DNA from: an uncultured virus (IMG/VR IMGVR_UViG_3300043772_001084)
Lineage: Duplodnaviria; Heunggongvirae; Uroviricota; Caudoviricetes
Reading direction: 5' to 3' (one strand)
Virus record (IMG/VR): IMGVR_UViG_3300043772_001084
Length of the DNA stretch: 64,000 bases
Each line of letters starts with the position of its first letter. Within the stretch, counting starts at the first letter, position 1. Positions 18,313 to 27,998 of this stretch are shown piece after piece. The position numbers and the translations under genes are program-made. Under the pieces are notes generated by a model. That model worked only from the letters and a program-made list of their open reading frames with translations. It made no database searches and was not told where the DNA came from.

Positions 18313-20310
18313 ATGAGCAGACAACAGTTTACATCAAGAAATAATATAGGTCAAGTCTTAACTTTTCAAAAAAGTGGATCAACAACTTCTTTTGATCCAG
18401 ATGTTGCATTTAGTAGTAGTTCAAGAAGAGTCTCTTGGAGATTAGATAATGGTTTTGGAACAACTCAAACTGTTGGTAATTCAATTACCTATACCGGATT
18501 TACTTCAGATCCTACGATTAGAACAATCCAAATGAGAGGTAATAGTTTTAGGAATATGAACTTTTTTAAGTTGAATGATGATAATTTATATGGTCATTTA
18601 GATTTACCTTTTTTTGGATTGGGTGGTGATTTTTGGGTTAGTAATAATATAAATCTAACTGGAATAACACATTCACCATCATCACGGAATTTTTCAGCAT
18701 ATTACGCAAGTAGTTGTAATCTAACCGGAAATTTGGACTTAACACCATTGTCTGGATTGGGTGGTGAGTTTAGGGTCGATTTTAATCCAAAATTAACTGG
18801 TATAACACACACACCATCATCACAGAATTTTTCAACATATTACGCAAACAACTGTAATCTAACCGGAAATTTAAATTTACCATTTACAGGTTTGGGTGGT
18901 GATTTTAGAGTTAATAGTAATCGAAATTTAACCGGAATTACACATTCACCATCACCAAATAATTTTACAAATTATTACGCAAACAACTGTAATCTAACCG
19001 GAAATTTAGATTTAACACCACTCTCTGGTTTGGGAGGTGGCTTTCAAGTTCAGAATAATTCTGGTTTAACAAGTATCACACATTCACCATCACCAAATAA
19101 TTTTAATTTTTATGGTGCGTCTAATTGCAACCTAACCGGAAATTTAAATATACCATTTACAGGTTTGGGAGGTGGCTTTCAAGTTCAGAATAATTCTGGT
19201 TTAACAAGTATAACACATTCAGTATCGGTAAATAATTTCACTAATTATCAAGCAAATAACTGTAATCTAACCGGAAATTTAAATTTAACACCATTGTCTG
19301 GTCTTGGTGGTGAATTTAGAGTTTTTGATAATCAAAATTTAACCGGAATTACACATTCACCATCACCAAATGATTTTACACGTTATTACGCATATTCTTG
19401 TAATCTAACCGGAAATTTGAATTTAACTCCACTATCTGGTTTGGGTGGTGATTTTAGAGTTCAGTCCAATAGTGGTTTAACAAGTATAACACATTCTGTA
19501 TCGGTAAGAAATTTCACTAATTATCAAGCAAGTAACTGTAATCTAACCGGAAATTTGAATTTAACTCCACTATCTGGATTGGGGGATACTTTCCAAGTTC
19601 AGAATAATTCTGGTTTAACAAGTATCACACATTCACAATCTGCGAATAATTTTAATTTTTATAACGCGTCTAATTGTAACCTAACCGGAAATTTAGATTT
19701 AACACCACTTTCTGGTTTAGGTGGTAATTTTGTGGTTAACGACAATCGTAATTTAACTGGTATTACAAATCCAAATTCTATAAGAAATTTTACAAATTAT
19801 AGTATAAATAATTGTAACTTAATTGGTGTTTTAGATTTAACACCTCTTTCTAATTTTGGGGGTGCTAATACGGGATCTACATGTTGTTTTGGTGTTTCTG
19901 ATAACTATTTTTTAAGTGGTGTGACGTTTCCTGTTGTAAACACATTTTTTAGAAATGCTAATAACAACGACTCACTTGCGGCATTTAGAATGTTCAATTC
20001 TAATTTAGATTATGTTGACTTTAAACCACTATCAGGGGCAACTTTAGTTTCTGGATCAACACAAGGTAGACCAAGAATAGTATTACGAAATAACAAAATG
20101 TCATCGGCCGATGTTAATCACATATTAGTTGATTTTAGTGGAAACGCAACATATAATCCAGTAGGATGGTCAAATGTTAATTTAGATATTGGTGGAAATC
20201 TACCTAACGCAAATGAACCACCAGACTCAATTTCGGGTGGTTATGATGGTATTGCTGCAATAAATTTTTTAACAGGTTCGTCCTATAATTGGATAATAAC
20301 ACATTCATAA
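18313..20310 (+). CDS. Leucine-rich repeat protein (46-48 aa double repeats)
   Basis: About 9 copies of F.V..N..LT.ITHS.S..NF..Y.A..CNLTGNL.L(TP)LSGLGG; C-terminal cap VNHILVDF...WIIT. Confidence 0.8.
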   Translation: MSRQQFTSRNNIGQVLTFQKSGSTTSFDPDVAFSSSSRRVSWRLDNGFGTTQTVGNSITYTGFTSDPTIRTIQMRGNSFRNMNFFKLNDDNLYGHLDLPFFGLGGDFWVSNNINLTGITHSPSSRNFSAYYASSCNLTGNLDLTPLSGLGGEFRVDFNPKLTGITHTPSSQNFSTYYANNCNLTGNLNLPFTGLGGDFRVNSNRNLTGITHSPSPNNFTNYYANNCNLTGNLDLTPLSGLGGGFQVQNNSGLTSITHSPSPNNFNFYGASNCNLTGNLNIPFTGLGGGFQVQNNSGLTSITHSVSVNNFTNYQANNCNLTGNLNLTPLSGLGGEFRVFDNQNLTGITHSPSPNDFTRYYAYSCNLTGNLNLTPLSGLGGDFRVQSNSGLTSITHSVSVRNFTNYQASNCNLTGNLNLTPLSGLGDTFQVQNNSGLTSITHSQSANNFNFYNASNCNLTGNLDLTPLSGLGGNFVVNDNRNLTGITNPNSIRNFTNYSINNCNLIGVLDLTPLSNFGGANTGSTCCFGVSDNYFLSGVTFPVVNTFFRNANNNDSLAAFRMFNSNLDYVDFKPLSGATLVSGSTQGRPRIVLRNNKMSSADVNHILVDFSGNATYNPVGWSNVNLDIGGNLPNANEPPDSISGGYDGIAAINFLTGSSYNWIITHS

Positions 20311-20330
20311 TTATTTTACATTAATTTTAT

Positions 20331-20362
20331 TTGACATTCATTAGTTAATCAAATATATTTAT
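20331..20362 (+). promoter_or_regulatory. Sigma70-type promoter overlapping TATTTAT, upstream of the polymerase gene
   Basis: TTGACA (20331-20336), 17-nt spacer, TATATT (20354-20359); TATTTAT at 20356-20362. Confidence 0.7.
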
Positions 20363-20421
20363 TGAAGTAAGGTAAATTTCGTTAAACACGAAAGCAAATA
20401 AACCATCAAAAAAATATATTT

Positions 20422-23217
20422 ATGATTACAGCAGAGGAAATTAAATCCTTTCTGGAGGGAAATGATCCAGAAGAACACATTGTGGCAATTGAGTTTGACT
20501 ATCAAAAAGACCACATCTATAAAATCAAAGAAGTACCGGGAAAAGGAAAATCAATTGTAAGAGATAATCTAATAGCATTTGCTTGGGTCGGTGATTTAAG
20601 AGGTCTTAATTTTTATCAAGGATCAAAAGCTTTACAAAAAGAAGCAATGTCCAAATACGGAATTGTTATTGAGAAATTAAGAACCGATGGAAATGAACAA
20701 TTGGAGAACGGATTAACGTTCTTGGTTAAATCGTTAAAAGGGTATAGGGCTCTTTCACAATTTTTCCGTGATGGTGGAATTGACCCTTGGGGTGAAAAAG
20801 CAAAAGATAAGTTCCTAATGTTGACCCCAACAGAACAGTTCCTAATTTCAAAAGAAAAAAGATTATTCAAAGGGTTTGAAGATTACAATGATATTACAAG
20901 ACTTGTATTTGACCTTGAGACGACCTCTTTGGAGCCAAAGGATGGTCATATCTTTATGATTGGAATTAAAACAAATAAGGGTTACAGAAAGGTAATTGAA
21001 TGTACAAATGATGATGAAGAAAGAAAAGGAATTTGTGAGTTCTTTAAAATTATAGATGAATTAAAACCTTCAATTATTTCTGGGTATAACTCAGCAAACT
21101 TTGACTGGTATTGGATTTATGAAAGATGTAAAATATTAAATCTTGATATTAAAAAAATTGCCAAATCTCTTCACGGTGAAAGATCAATCACACAAAAAGA
21201 ATCAATATTAAAATTAGGAAACGAAGTTGAGAGTTTTACCCAAACTCAAATGTGGGGTTATAACATTATTGATATTATCCATTCAGTTCGTAGAGCGCAA
21301 GCAATCAATTCTTCAATCAAAGAAGCGGGTCTTAAATACATTACAAAATTTATTGATGCCGAAGCTGATGATAGGGTTTATATTGACCACGACAAAATTG
21401 GTTCAATGTATAGAGAAAAGAATCTTTATTGGTTAAACATTGAAAATGGTAAGTATAAAAAAGTTGGTGTTGATGAAAAAATAGATGAGGTGTGTTCAAG
21501 AAGAACCGACATTTATATTCAAACAACTGGTGATGACCTTGTGGAACGATACTTGGACGATGACTTGGAGGAAACCTTGTTAGTAGATGAAGAATTCAAC
21601 CAAGGGTCATTTCTTCTTGCATCACTTCTTCCAACAACATATGAGAGGGTTTCAACGATGGGGACGGCAACAATCTGGAAACTTGTAATGCTTGCTTGGT
21701 CTTATAAACACGGTCTTGCAATTCCGGCAAAAAAAGAAAAAAGAAACTTTGTTGGTGGATTATCACGATTATTAAAAGTAGGGTTTTCAAAAGAGGTTTT
21801 AAAACTTGACTACTCATCACTTTATCCTTCCATTCAATTAACACACGATGTATTTCCAGAATCAGATATTACTGGTGTAATGAAAGGTTTATTATCTTAT
21901 TTTAGGGATACTCGTATTATGTATAAGAATCTATCATCTGAATACAAATCAATTGATAAAAAAATTTCTCAAAAATATGATAGATTCCAATTACCAGTTA
22001 AAATTTTTATTAACTCGTTATTTGGAGCTCTCTCCGCCCCACAAGTATTTCCTTGGGGTGATATGGACAAGGGTGAAATGATTACTTGTAGTGGACGACA
22101 ATATTTAAGAATGATGATAAACTTTTTCACAGAAAAAGGTTATAATGCAATTTTAATGGACACAGATGGTGTTAATTTTTCTTTACCAGATGGTGGTGTG
22201 GAAGATAGAAAGTATATCGGTCGCGGTCTTAACTGGTTAGTAAAAGAAGGAAAAGAATATGTGGGGTATGATGCTGATGTTGCGGAATTTAACGACACAT
22301 TTATGCGTGGTCCAATGGGGCTTGATTGCGACGATACTTGGGCTTCTTGTATTAATTTAGCTCGTAAAAACTATGCGACATTAGAACATAATGGAAAGGC
22401 TAAATTCACAGGAAATACAATTAAATCTAAAAAGATGCCAAAATATATTGAACTATTTTTGGATAAAGGAATTAAACTTTTACTTAATGGTGATGGACAA
22501 GGGTTTGTTGAGTGGTATTACGAATATCTACAAAAAATATTTGACCAAAAGATTCCTTTGATGGATATTGCAAACAAGGCAAAGATTAAACAATCCATTG
22601 ATGATTACATAAAAAGAAGTAAAACCAAAACAAAAGCTGGAGCTGAAATGTCAAGACAAGCACATATGGAACTTGCAATCAAAGAAGGACTTAATGTTAG
22701 TCTTGGTGATGTAATTTATTATGTAAACAACGGAACAAAGGCATCACATGGCGATGTTCAGAAAGTTAATAAACCAAAGAAGGGGTGGAATGAAGAACAA
22801 CTAAAAACTTTCTTTTCAAATTCAAAAGTTAATCCAGATACGGTAGAATCAGTTATTCAACTTAACTGTTATAGAATTGACCCCCAAGAATTAGAAAGTA
22901 ATCCAGGATTAACCGGTGAATACAACATACAAAGAGCAATTGCAACATTTAATAAAAGAGTAGAACCATTACTTGTTTGTTTTAAAGATGAGGTTAGAGA
23001 TGGGTTATTAGTTAAGAATCCAGAAGAAAGGCCATTTTTTACTAAAGACCAATGTGAATTGATAAATGGAGTCCCTTTTGAGGAAAAAGATCAGGACAAA
23101 ATAGATGAAGTTATGATAATTTCAAATGAAGAAATGTTGTTCTGGGAAAAAGTTGGCATTTCACCATATCATATGTATGATAATGTTGATTCGTATATGC
23201 AAAAATTTATTTCATAA
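20422..23217 (+). CDS. Family B DNA polymerase
   Basis: Exonuclease motifs DLETT and YNSANFD; polymerase motifs DYSSLYPS, KIFINSLFG, MDTDG. Confidence 0.95.
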   Translation: MITAEEIKSFLEGNDPEEHIVAIEFDYQKDHIYKIKEVPGKGKSIVRDNLIAFAWVGDLRGLNFYQGSKALQKEAMSKYGIVIEKLRTDGNEQLENGLTFLVKSLKGYRALSQFFRDGGIDPWGEKAKDKFLMLTPTEQFLISKEKRLFKGFEDYNDITRLVFDLETTSLEPKDGHIFMIGIKTNKGYRKVIECTNDDEERKGICEFFKIIDELKPSIISGYNSANFDWYWIYERCKILNLDIKKIAKSLHGERSITQKESILKLGNEVESFTQTQMWGYNIIDIIHSVRRAQAINSSIKEAGLKYITKFIDAEADDRVYIDHDKIGSMYREKNLYWLNIENGKYKKVGVDEKIDEVCSRRTDIYIQTTGDDLVERYLDDDLEETLLVDEEFNQGSFLLASLLPTTYERVSTMGTATIWKLVMLAWSYKHGLAIPAKKEKRNFVGGLSRLLKVGFSKEVLKLDYSSLYPSIQLTHDVFPESDITGVMKGLLSYFRDTRIMYKNLSSEYKSIDKKISQKYDRFQLPVKIFINSLFGALSAPQVFPWGDMDKGEMITCSGRQYLRMMINFFTEKGYNAILMDTDGVNFSLPDGGVEDRKYIGRGLNWLVKEGKEYVGYDADVAEFNDTFMRGPMGLDCDDTWASCINLARKNYATLEHNGKAKFTGNTIKSKKMPKYIELFLDKGIKLLLNGDGQGFVEWYYEYLQKIFDQKIPLMDIANKAKIKQSIDDYIKRSKTKTKAGAEMSRQAHMELAIKEGLNVSLGDVIYYVNNGTKASHGDVQKVNKPKKGWNEEQLKTFFSNSKVNPDTVESVIQLNCYRIDPQELESNPGLTGEYNIQRAIATFNKRVEPLLVCFKDEVRDGLLVKNPEERPFFTKDQCELINGVPFEEKDQDKIDEVMIISNEEMLFWEKVGISPYHMYDNVDSYMQKFIS

Positions 23218-23265
23218 ATTTTTTAATAAAAGTGAAACTTTAATAAACTAACAGATATTTATATT

Positions 23266-23421
23266 ATGGGGAGACCAAAAATTAACCAAGAAGATAAAAA
23301 AATAAAATTTGGTATAAGTTTAGATCCTAAACTTTATCAAAAAATAAAAGATGATGGTCACAAGGTCTCAACATTAATTGAAAGATTAGTTAGAGAGTAT
23401 TATGGAAACAAAAATTTGTAG
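23266..23421 (+). CDS. Small ribbon-helix-helix-like protein (not in the ORF track), 51 aa
   Basis: Manual translation MGRPKINQEDKKIKFGISLDPKLYQKIKDDGHKVSTLIERLVREYYGNKNL; TATTTAT 3 nt upstream; paralogue at 60072. Confidence 0.75.
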   Translation: MGRPKINQEDKKIKFGISLDPKLYQKIKDDGHKVSTLIERLVREYYGNKNL

Positions 23422-24046
23422 TAAATGTAAAGAAGAAAAAGAATTGTGTTTTTTTGGTTTGGATAAAAGATCTAAAGACGGGGTAAGATGTCACTGTAAT
23501 GAATGTCGTAAAATAGAAAGTAAAGAATATAGAACTAAAAATCCTGAAAAAAGAAAAGAAACTTTAAAAAAGTTTTATGAAAATAATAAAGAAAAAGAAT
23601 TATTACGATTTAAAAAATATAGAGAAGAAAATCCAGAAAAAAGAAAAGAAACTTGTAGAAAATACAATCAAAATAATAAAGAAAAAACTAATGAATTTGC
23701 AAGACTTTGGAAAAAAAATGCAAGAATAAATAACCCAATCTATAAACTTATATCAAATCTTCGTAGTAGAACTAAAGATTATTTGAGGCGTAATGAAATT
23801 AATTCTAATAGTAATATAAAAAATATAATTGGTTGTACCCCAGAATTTCTAAAAGAACACCTTGAAAGTCAATTTAAAGATGGTATGACTTGGGAAAACT
23901 ATAATTTTTATGGTTGGCACATAGACCACATAATACCACTATCATCAGCTAAAAACGAAGAAGAAATTTATAAACTTTGTCATTACACAAATTTACAACC
24001 ACTATGGGCTAAAGAAAATTTAAGTAAAGGATCAAAGATATTATGA
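23402..24046 (+). CDS. Zn-finger + HNH endonuclease (putative homing endonuclease)
   Basis: CSKC...CNEC, coiled linker, WHIDHIIP...CHYTNLQPLWAKENLSK. Confidence 0.85.
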   Translation: METKICSKCKEEKELCFFGLDKRSKDGVRCHCNECRKIESKEYRTKNPEKRKETLKKFYENNKEKELLRFKKYREENPEKRKETCRKYNQNNKEKTNEFARLWKKNARINNPIYKLISNLRSRTKDYLRRNEINSNSNIKNIIGCTPEFLKEHLESQFKDGMTWENYNFYGWHIDHIIPLSSAKNEEEIYKLCHYTNLQPLWAKENLSKGSKIL

Positions 24047-24412
24047 CATCTTTAAGCCATCAGAACTTGAGATATACCAATTACCCTCAACAAATTTAAA
24101 TTTAACACAAGCACCTTTCTCCAAAAGAAGCTCATCCCACTCTTCATCAATTAGACCAATGTCTGATTTAACCAAAACATTTGTAAGTGATTTTACTGTA
24201 ATTTTTGTAGATACATTTGAATTTAATGTAACTTCTGACCGTTCAACATTTTTAACAATTAAAAATGTTTCATCATTTGTTGTGTAGAGAGAATCAGAAA
24301 TTATTTTATAAATTTCTTTTGGTTTTTCAATAATAACTTTTGGCTCAACGACTGTTTGCGTTTGATACCTAACAACATTTTTTCTGGGTGTTAAATTTTC
24401 AACCTTTATCAT
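24041..24412 (-). CDS. Hypothetical (probably structural) protein
   Basis: 123-aa ORF coupled to the neck gene; beta-rich, ends GNWYISSSDGLK. Confidence 0.6.
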   Translation of the reverse strand: MIKVENLTPRKNVVRYQTQTVVEPKVIIEKPKEIYKIISDSLYTTNDETFLIVKNVERSEVTLNSNVSTKITVKSLTNVLVKSDIGLIDEEWDELLLEKGACVKFKFVEGNWYISSSDGLKMS

Positions 24413-25533
24413 ATCACATATATTTGTCTTGGCATCGCCCTAAATTTTAGGGATTTATTTAAGTTTTCAGCGATTAATGCGTCTCTTTCTATTACTTTCT
24501 CTGGTTTTAATCTAGTTAATCTACCTTCAGCACCAATAAGTTCTTCAATCAGTTTTGCTTTTTCATCTTTGGCTTCTGTTGCCAATGTTTGCCATTCCAT
24601 TTGTAAATCACCATCTGGTGTTTTAAGATTTCCACTAAATTTACCACGAACCTTTGAAAGTGTTTCCTTACAATACGCTATAAACCACCGTCTAACCCAG
24701 ATTTGTGCTGGATTGTTTAAATCGTGCCAACTCATTTTGTCAAATGGAACATCGGATGGTAATTTGATAATATCTGGATTATCCTTTAAACATTTATCTC
24801 TATCTTCCGGACCAACATCATAATACCAATACCAAACTTTTCCTTTCATTAAAGTTGAATTACCGAAGTCAAATTTACCACCTGGTGTGTTCATCAAATG
24901 AACCGCTTTCTTACCATCTGGTAATGCTGTTACTCTATATGTTAATTCACCAGCGATAATTCTTTTTTGAATATTTATTTCTTGCATTCTCAATAACATA
25001 TCAAATGCTGGCATTAAAAAGTAACTACCAGATAAATTACCAACTTGAGCATAACCTGCCGGTCCTGAAATACCACCACCAGCAATACCACCAAATGCCC
25101 AAGGATCAAAAAGTAAGTTATTCATTTCTGGTGGTGTGAACCACAACATCTCATTTAATTCTCTATTTGCCGGAATTTCATAAATTTGTTGTCCTTTAAC
25201 CAACTGAATATAATCTTTTTTCAATACCCAATCACCACCGGCTTGAAGACCAACTATTTTTGAATATGCGTATGTATATCTTGTTTCATAATCCAAACTT
25301 CTTGTTGTGAAAGCTCTGGATAAAGATTGTGTATCAAGGTTTAAATTATTTAATGCCGACCATTGAGATTCAATTAACCAATCTTGAACATATTGTGAAT
25401 ATTCGTCAATTGAAAATTCAAGAAGAGTATCCATTTGTTCGTCTTCTAATTCAACACTTCTTAAAGGGGCACCAAGTAAATGCCTTACTTTTTTATAAAG
25501 GTCGCTCCTTCCTGGTTCAGATATAATTGCCAT
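24409..25533 (-). CDS. Neck/head-tail adaptor protein (T4 gp13-like)
   Basis: LGAPLRSVELEDEQM N-terminus; WVRRWFIAYCKETLSKVRGKF C-terminal motif. Confidence 0.7.
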   Translation of the reverse strand: MAIISEPGRSDLYKKVRHLLGAPLRSVELEDEQMDTLLEFSIDEYSQYVQDWLIESQWSALNNLNLDTQSLSRAFTTRSLDYETRYTYAYSKIVGLQAGGDWVLKKDYIQLVKGQQIYEIPANRELNEMLWFTPPEMNNLLFDPWAFGGIAGGGISGPAGYAQVGNLSGSYFLMPAFDMLLRMQEINIQKRIIAGELTYRVTALPDGKKAVHLMNTPGGKFDFGNSTLMKGKVWYWYYDVGPEDRDKCLKDNPDIIKLPSDVPFDKMSWHDLNNPAQIWVRRWFIAYCKETLSKVRGKFSGNLKTPDGDLQMEWQTLATEAKDEKAKLIEELIGAEGRLTRLKPEKVIERDALIAENLNKSLKFRAMPRQIYVI

Positions 25534-25553
25534 AGTTCTTTTTTATATAAATA

Positions 25554-27653
25554 TTACCTTATTGGATTTACCAATTTTTTAAGATCTAACTTGAATCTTT
25601 CATTTTTAGATAAACCTCTAATAATGTCTTGTGGTAAATTGTCTCCAAGTCTTTGGACACCATATTTATTTCCAAGTTGATTAAATAAATTTAAAACTTC
25701 ATTTGTTTTTTCATCACCAATTAAAAACGATTTATAATCATCCATTGTTAAAACTGGAAACTGAATAAATCCAGACATAGTTTTGTCACCGCTAAGTATT
25801 TTTGTTGATAATGATATTGTTTGTGCTTCTGGCGATCTTCCGGCATTTAATAATCCTGGTGTTTTAACAAGATCAATAATTTTATTTTTATCATAATAAT
25901 ATAAATCAATTCCAACTTTTGTCTCATTTGGAATACCAACCAACAATCCGGTGATGTCTGTAAGTAAAAATTCCAATATATCTTCGGCTTGATTTTTCAA
26001 ATCTTGATTTTCGTGATTTACCAATAATCTAAGAAAATTTGGTTGTTGGCTCATCTTTAACAATTCTTGTTTGTTTTCTTCAGAACCAGAATAGTTGGCT
26101 AAATATTGACCCAATGTTTCTTTAATACTTTTAAGTGTTATTCGTTCTTTTTGACTTCTAACAATTTTACAAGAAATTTTATCACCAGCTGGTGTTGAGA
26201 CATCAAATGGTGAAACATTACTTGTTGCTAAATCACCATTTAAAAATCCGGCAACCATACCTTCAAAATCAAGACCCCTTGACTTACTTTTTACAAACCT
26301 TTGAAAATAATTGTTAAATCTATATTTTGATCTTTCTGATACATTACTCAAATTAAGCGACATAAGACCTTCAAGTGTTCTATTAAAATCAATATTACCT
26401 CTTGAAATTTCGGCAGTTATGATGTTTTTAATTGCTTCTGATGCGGATTCGGCATCCAAGGGTATAAGTCTAATTTTTTGTAATTCACGACTCATTGCCT
26501 TTTTTAAATCATAACCCATAGTATCATTTTCGACAATAATTTTTCTTAATGATTCGTTTAATTTCTTTTTTGATTTGGTTTCATATAAATCATTAACAAA
26601 TTCCCAATTTATATGGTTCCAAAAATTACTAATATATTCGTCTCTTTTGTTTTGATATTTTAAATAGTAAGCGTGTTCCCAAAGATCAAGTCCAAGTAAT
26701 GGAAAGCCACCACCCTTAATAATATCCATTAGAGGATTATCTTGGTTTGGTGTTGTCATAATTTTTAAATTATTTGACTTTGTGAGGATTAACCAAACCC
26801 ACCCAGACCCAAAACTATCTTTTGCCGATTGATTAAACTCATCTTTAAGTTTTTTAATGTTTCCAAACTCTTTTTTAATTTTATCTAAAATTGATCCGCT
26901 TGGATTTTGTTTTTTTGGTGACAACATTTTCCAAAATAAAGCATGGTTAAACGCACCACCAGCATTATTTCTTACTTTTGTGTCAAATTTTGAAATTGAT
27001 TTTACAATATCCTCAAGTTCCATTTCACCTTTTTTATCGGATAACGCGGCGTTTAATTTTTTAACATAACCTTTATAGTGTTTGTTGTAATGAATATCCA
27101 TTGTTTTAGGATCAACAAATTGTTTCATTGCTGAATATGAATATGGTAATTTATCAATACCAATTTTTTTCATTTCAGTAATAAATTCTTCGTGTAAATT
27201 TTGTTTTTCTGTTTTAAGAATTTCTTCTTTTAAAAGATCCAGTTTTTTTATTAATGGTTTTGAATGTTCAAAAACAAGTTCATTATAATCTGGATATTCT
27301 TTCTCAAACATTTTAATTAGTTGCCCAGCAAAAGCATTTGCCTCATCTTCATTTTGACCACCAATGTCTGGACCTCTTTCCCTACCAAGAACTAATCTTT
27401 GATGAGCGTGAACCCATTCGTGTGCTAGAGTTCTCATTATATCACGGTTCAATCTATTTTTGGATAAGACTTTAATAACTCCGTTCATATTTTGAGACCC
27501 AGTGGACATATGTCCTTTTTTCTCACCAAGAAATAAAATTTTGAGTTCTTTATTTACTGGGTATTTTGAATTTATAAATTTAATAAAATCGTTATACATT
27601 TTCTTGTCTTGTGGTTGAAGACCAGAATCAATATGTTTTACAGTAACTTTCAT
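25554..27653 (-). CDS. Fusion: HExxH metallopeptidase-like domain + Fe/Mn superoxide dismutase + C-terminal PD-(D/E)XK-like domain
   Basis: TLAHEWVH..EDEANA; SOD motifs LPYSY, HYNKH, NNAGGAFNH, FGSGW, NQDNP, DLWEHAYY; C-terminal FEG...PFDV...KISCK. Confidence 0.8.
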   Translation of the reverse strand: MKVTVKHIDSGLQPQDKKMYNDFIKFINSKYPVNKELKILFLGEKKGHMSTGSQNMNGVIKVLSKNRLNRDIMRTLAHEWVHAHQRLVLGRERGPDIGGQNEDEANAFAGQLIKMFEKEYPDYNELVFEHSKPLIKKLDLLKEEILKTEKQNLHEEFITEMKKIGIDKLPYSYSAMKQFVDPKTMDIHYNKHYKGYVKKLNAALSDKKGEMELEDIVKSISKFDTKVRNNAGGAFNHALFWKMLSPKKQNPSGSILDKIKKEFGNIKKLKDEFNQSAKDSFGSGWVWLILTKSNNLKIMTTPNQDNPLMDIIKGGGFPLLGLDLWEHAYYLKYQNKRDEYISNFWNHINWEFVNDLYETKSKKKLNESLRKIIVENDTMGYDLKKAMSRELQKIRLIPLDAESASEAIKNIITAEISRGNIDFNRTLEGLMSLNLSNVSERSKYRFNNYFQRFVKSKSRGLDFEGMVAGFLNGDLATSNVSPFDVSTPAGDKISCKIVRSQKERITLKSIKETLGQYLANYSGSEENKQELLKMSQQPNFLRLLVNHENQDLKNQAEDILEFLLTDITGLLVGIPNETKVGIDLYYYDKNKIIDLVKTPGLLNAGRSPEAQTISLSTKILSGDKTMSGFIQFPVLTMDDYKSFLIGDEKTNEVLNLFNQLGNKYGVQRLGDNLPQDIIRGLSKNERFKLDLKKLVNPIR

Positions 27654-27676
27654 TATTAATAAATACTACTGAAAAT

Positions 27677-27704
27677 AAAAAACCCCAACTTTTGATTGGG
27701 GGTT
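27677..27704 (-). terminator. Rho-independent terminator
   Basis: Minus strand AACCCCCAA-tcaaaag-TTGGGGTT followed by Ts, after 27717..27959. Confidence 0.65.
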
Positions 27705-27716
27705 ATTGTGTAATTT

Positions 27717-27959
27717 TTACTTTTCCATTTTATGAATCTTTTCAAGGATCCTATCAAGAATAAAAAGAGAAGTTTCTTTATCATCCTGTCTTATTGTTTT
27801 TTGTAAGTCAGATAAACCCAATTTTATTTTCATCATATCGTGAATAAACATTTCTTCACCACCATCATAATACATATTGTTTTCTCTATCACTTTCTTTG
27901 ATAACCTTTTTAACAATACGAGACAAATCACTTTCTGTTAGTTTTACAATTCTTTTCAT
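27717..27959 (-). CDS. Small protein with MKRIVKLTESDLSRIVKKVIKE leader (putative internal head protein)
   Basis: LTE/IKE-rich amphipathic leader; TATTTAT upstream at 27975-27981. Confidence 0.65.
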   Translation of the reverse strand: MKRIVKLTESDLSRIVKKVIKESDRENNMYYDGGEEMFIHDMMKIKLGLSDLQKTIRQDDKETSLFILDRILEKIHKMEK

Positions 27960-27998
27960 AATAATTTTTTTATTATAAATATTATGTTTTAATAAAAA

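Noticed and set aside
20422..23217. Possible intein or intron in the DNA polymerase
   Set aside because: All motifs are contiguous, and no intein splice motifs (C...HN) or frame breaks were seen.
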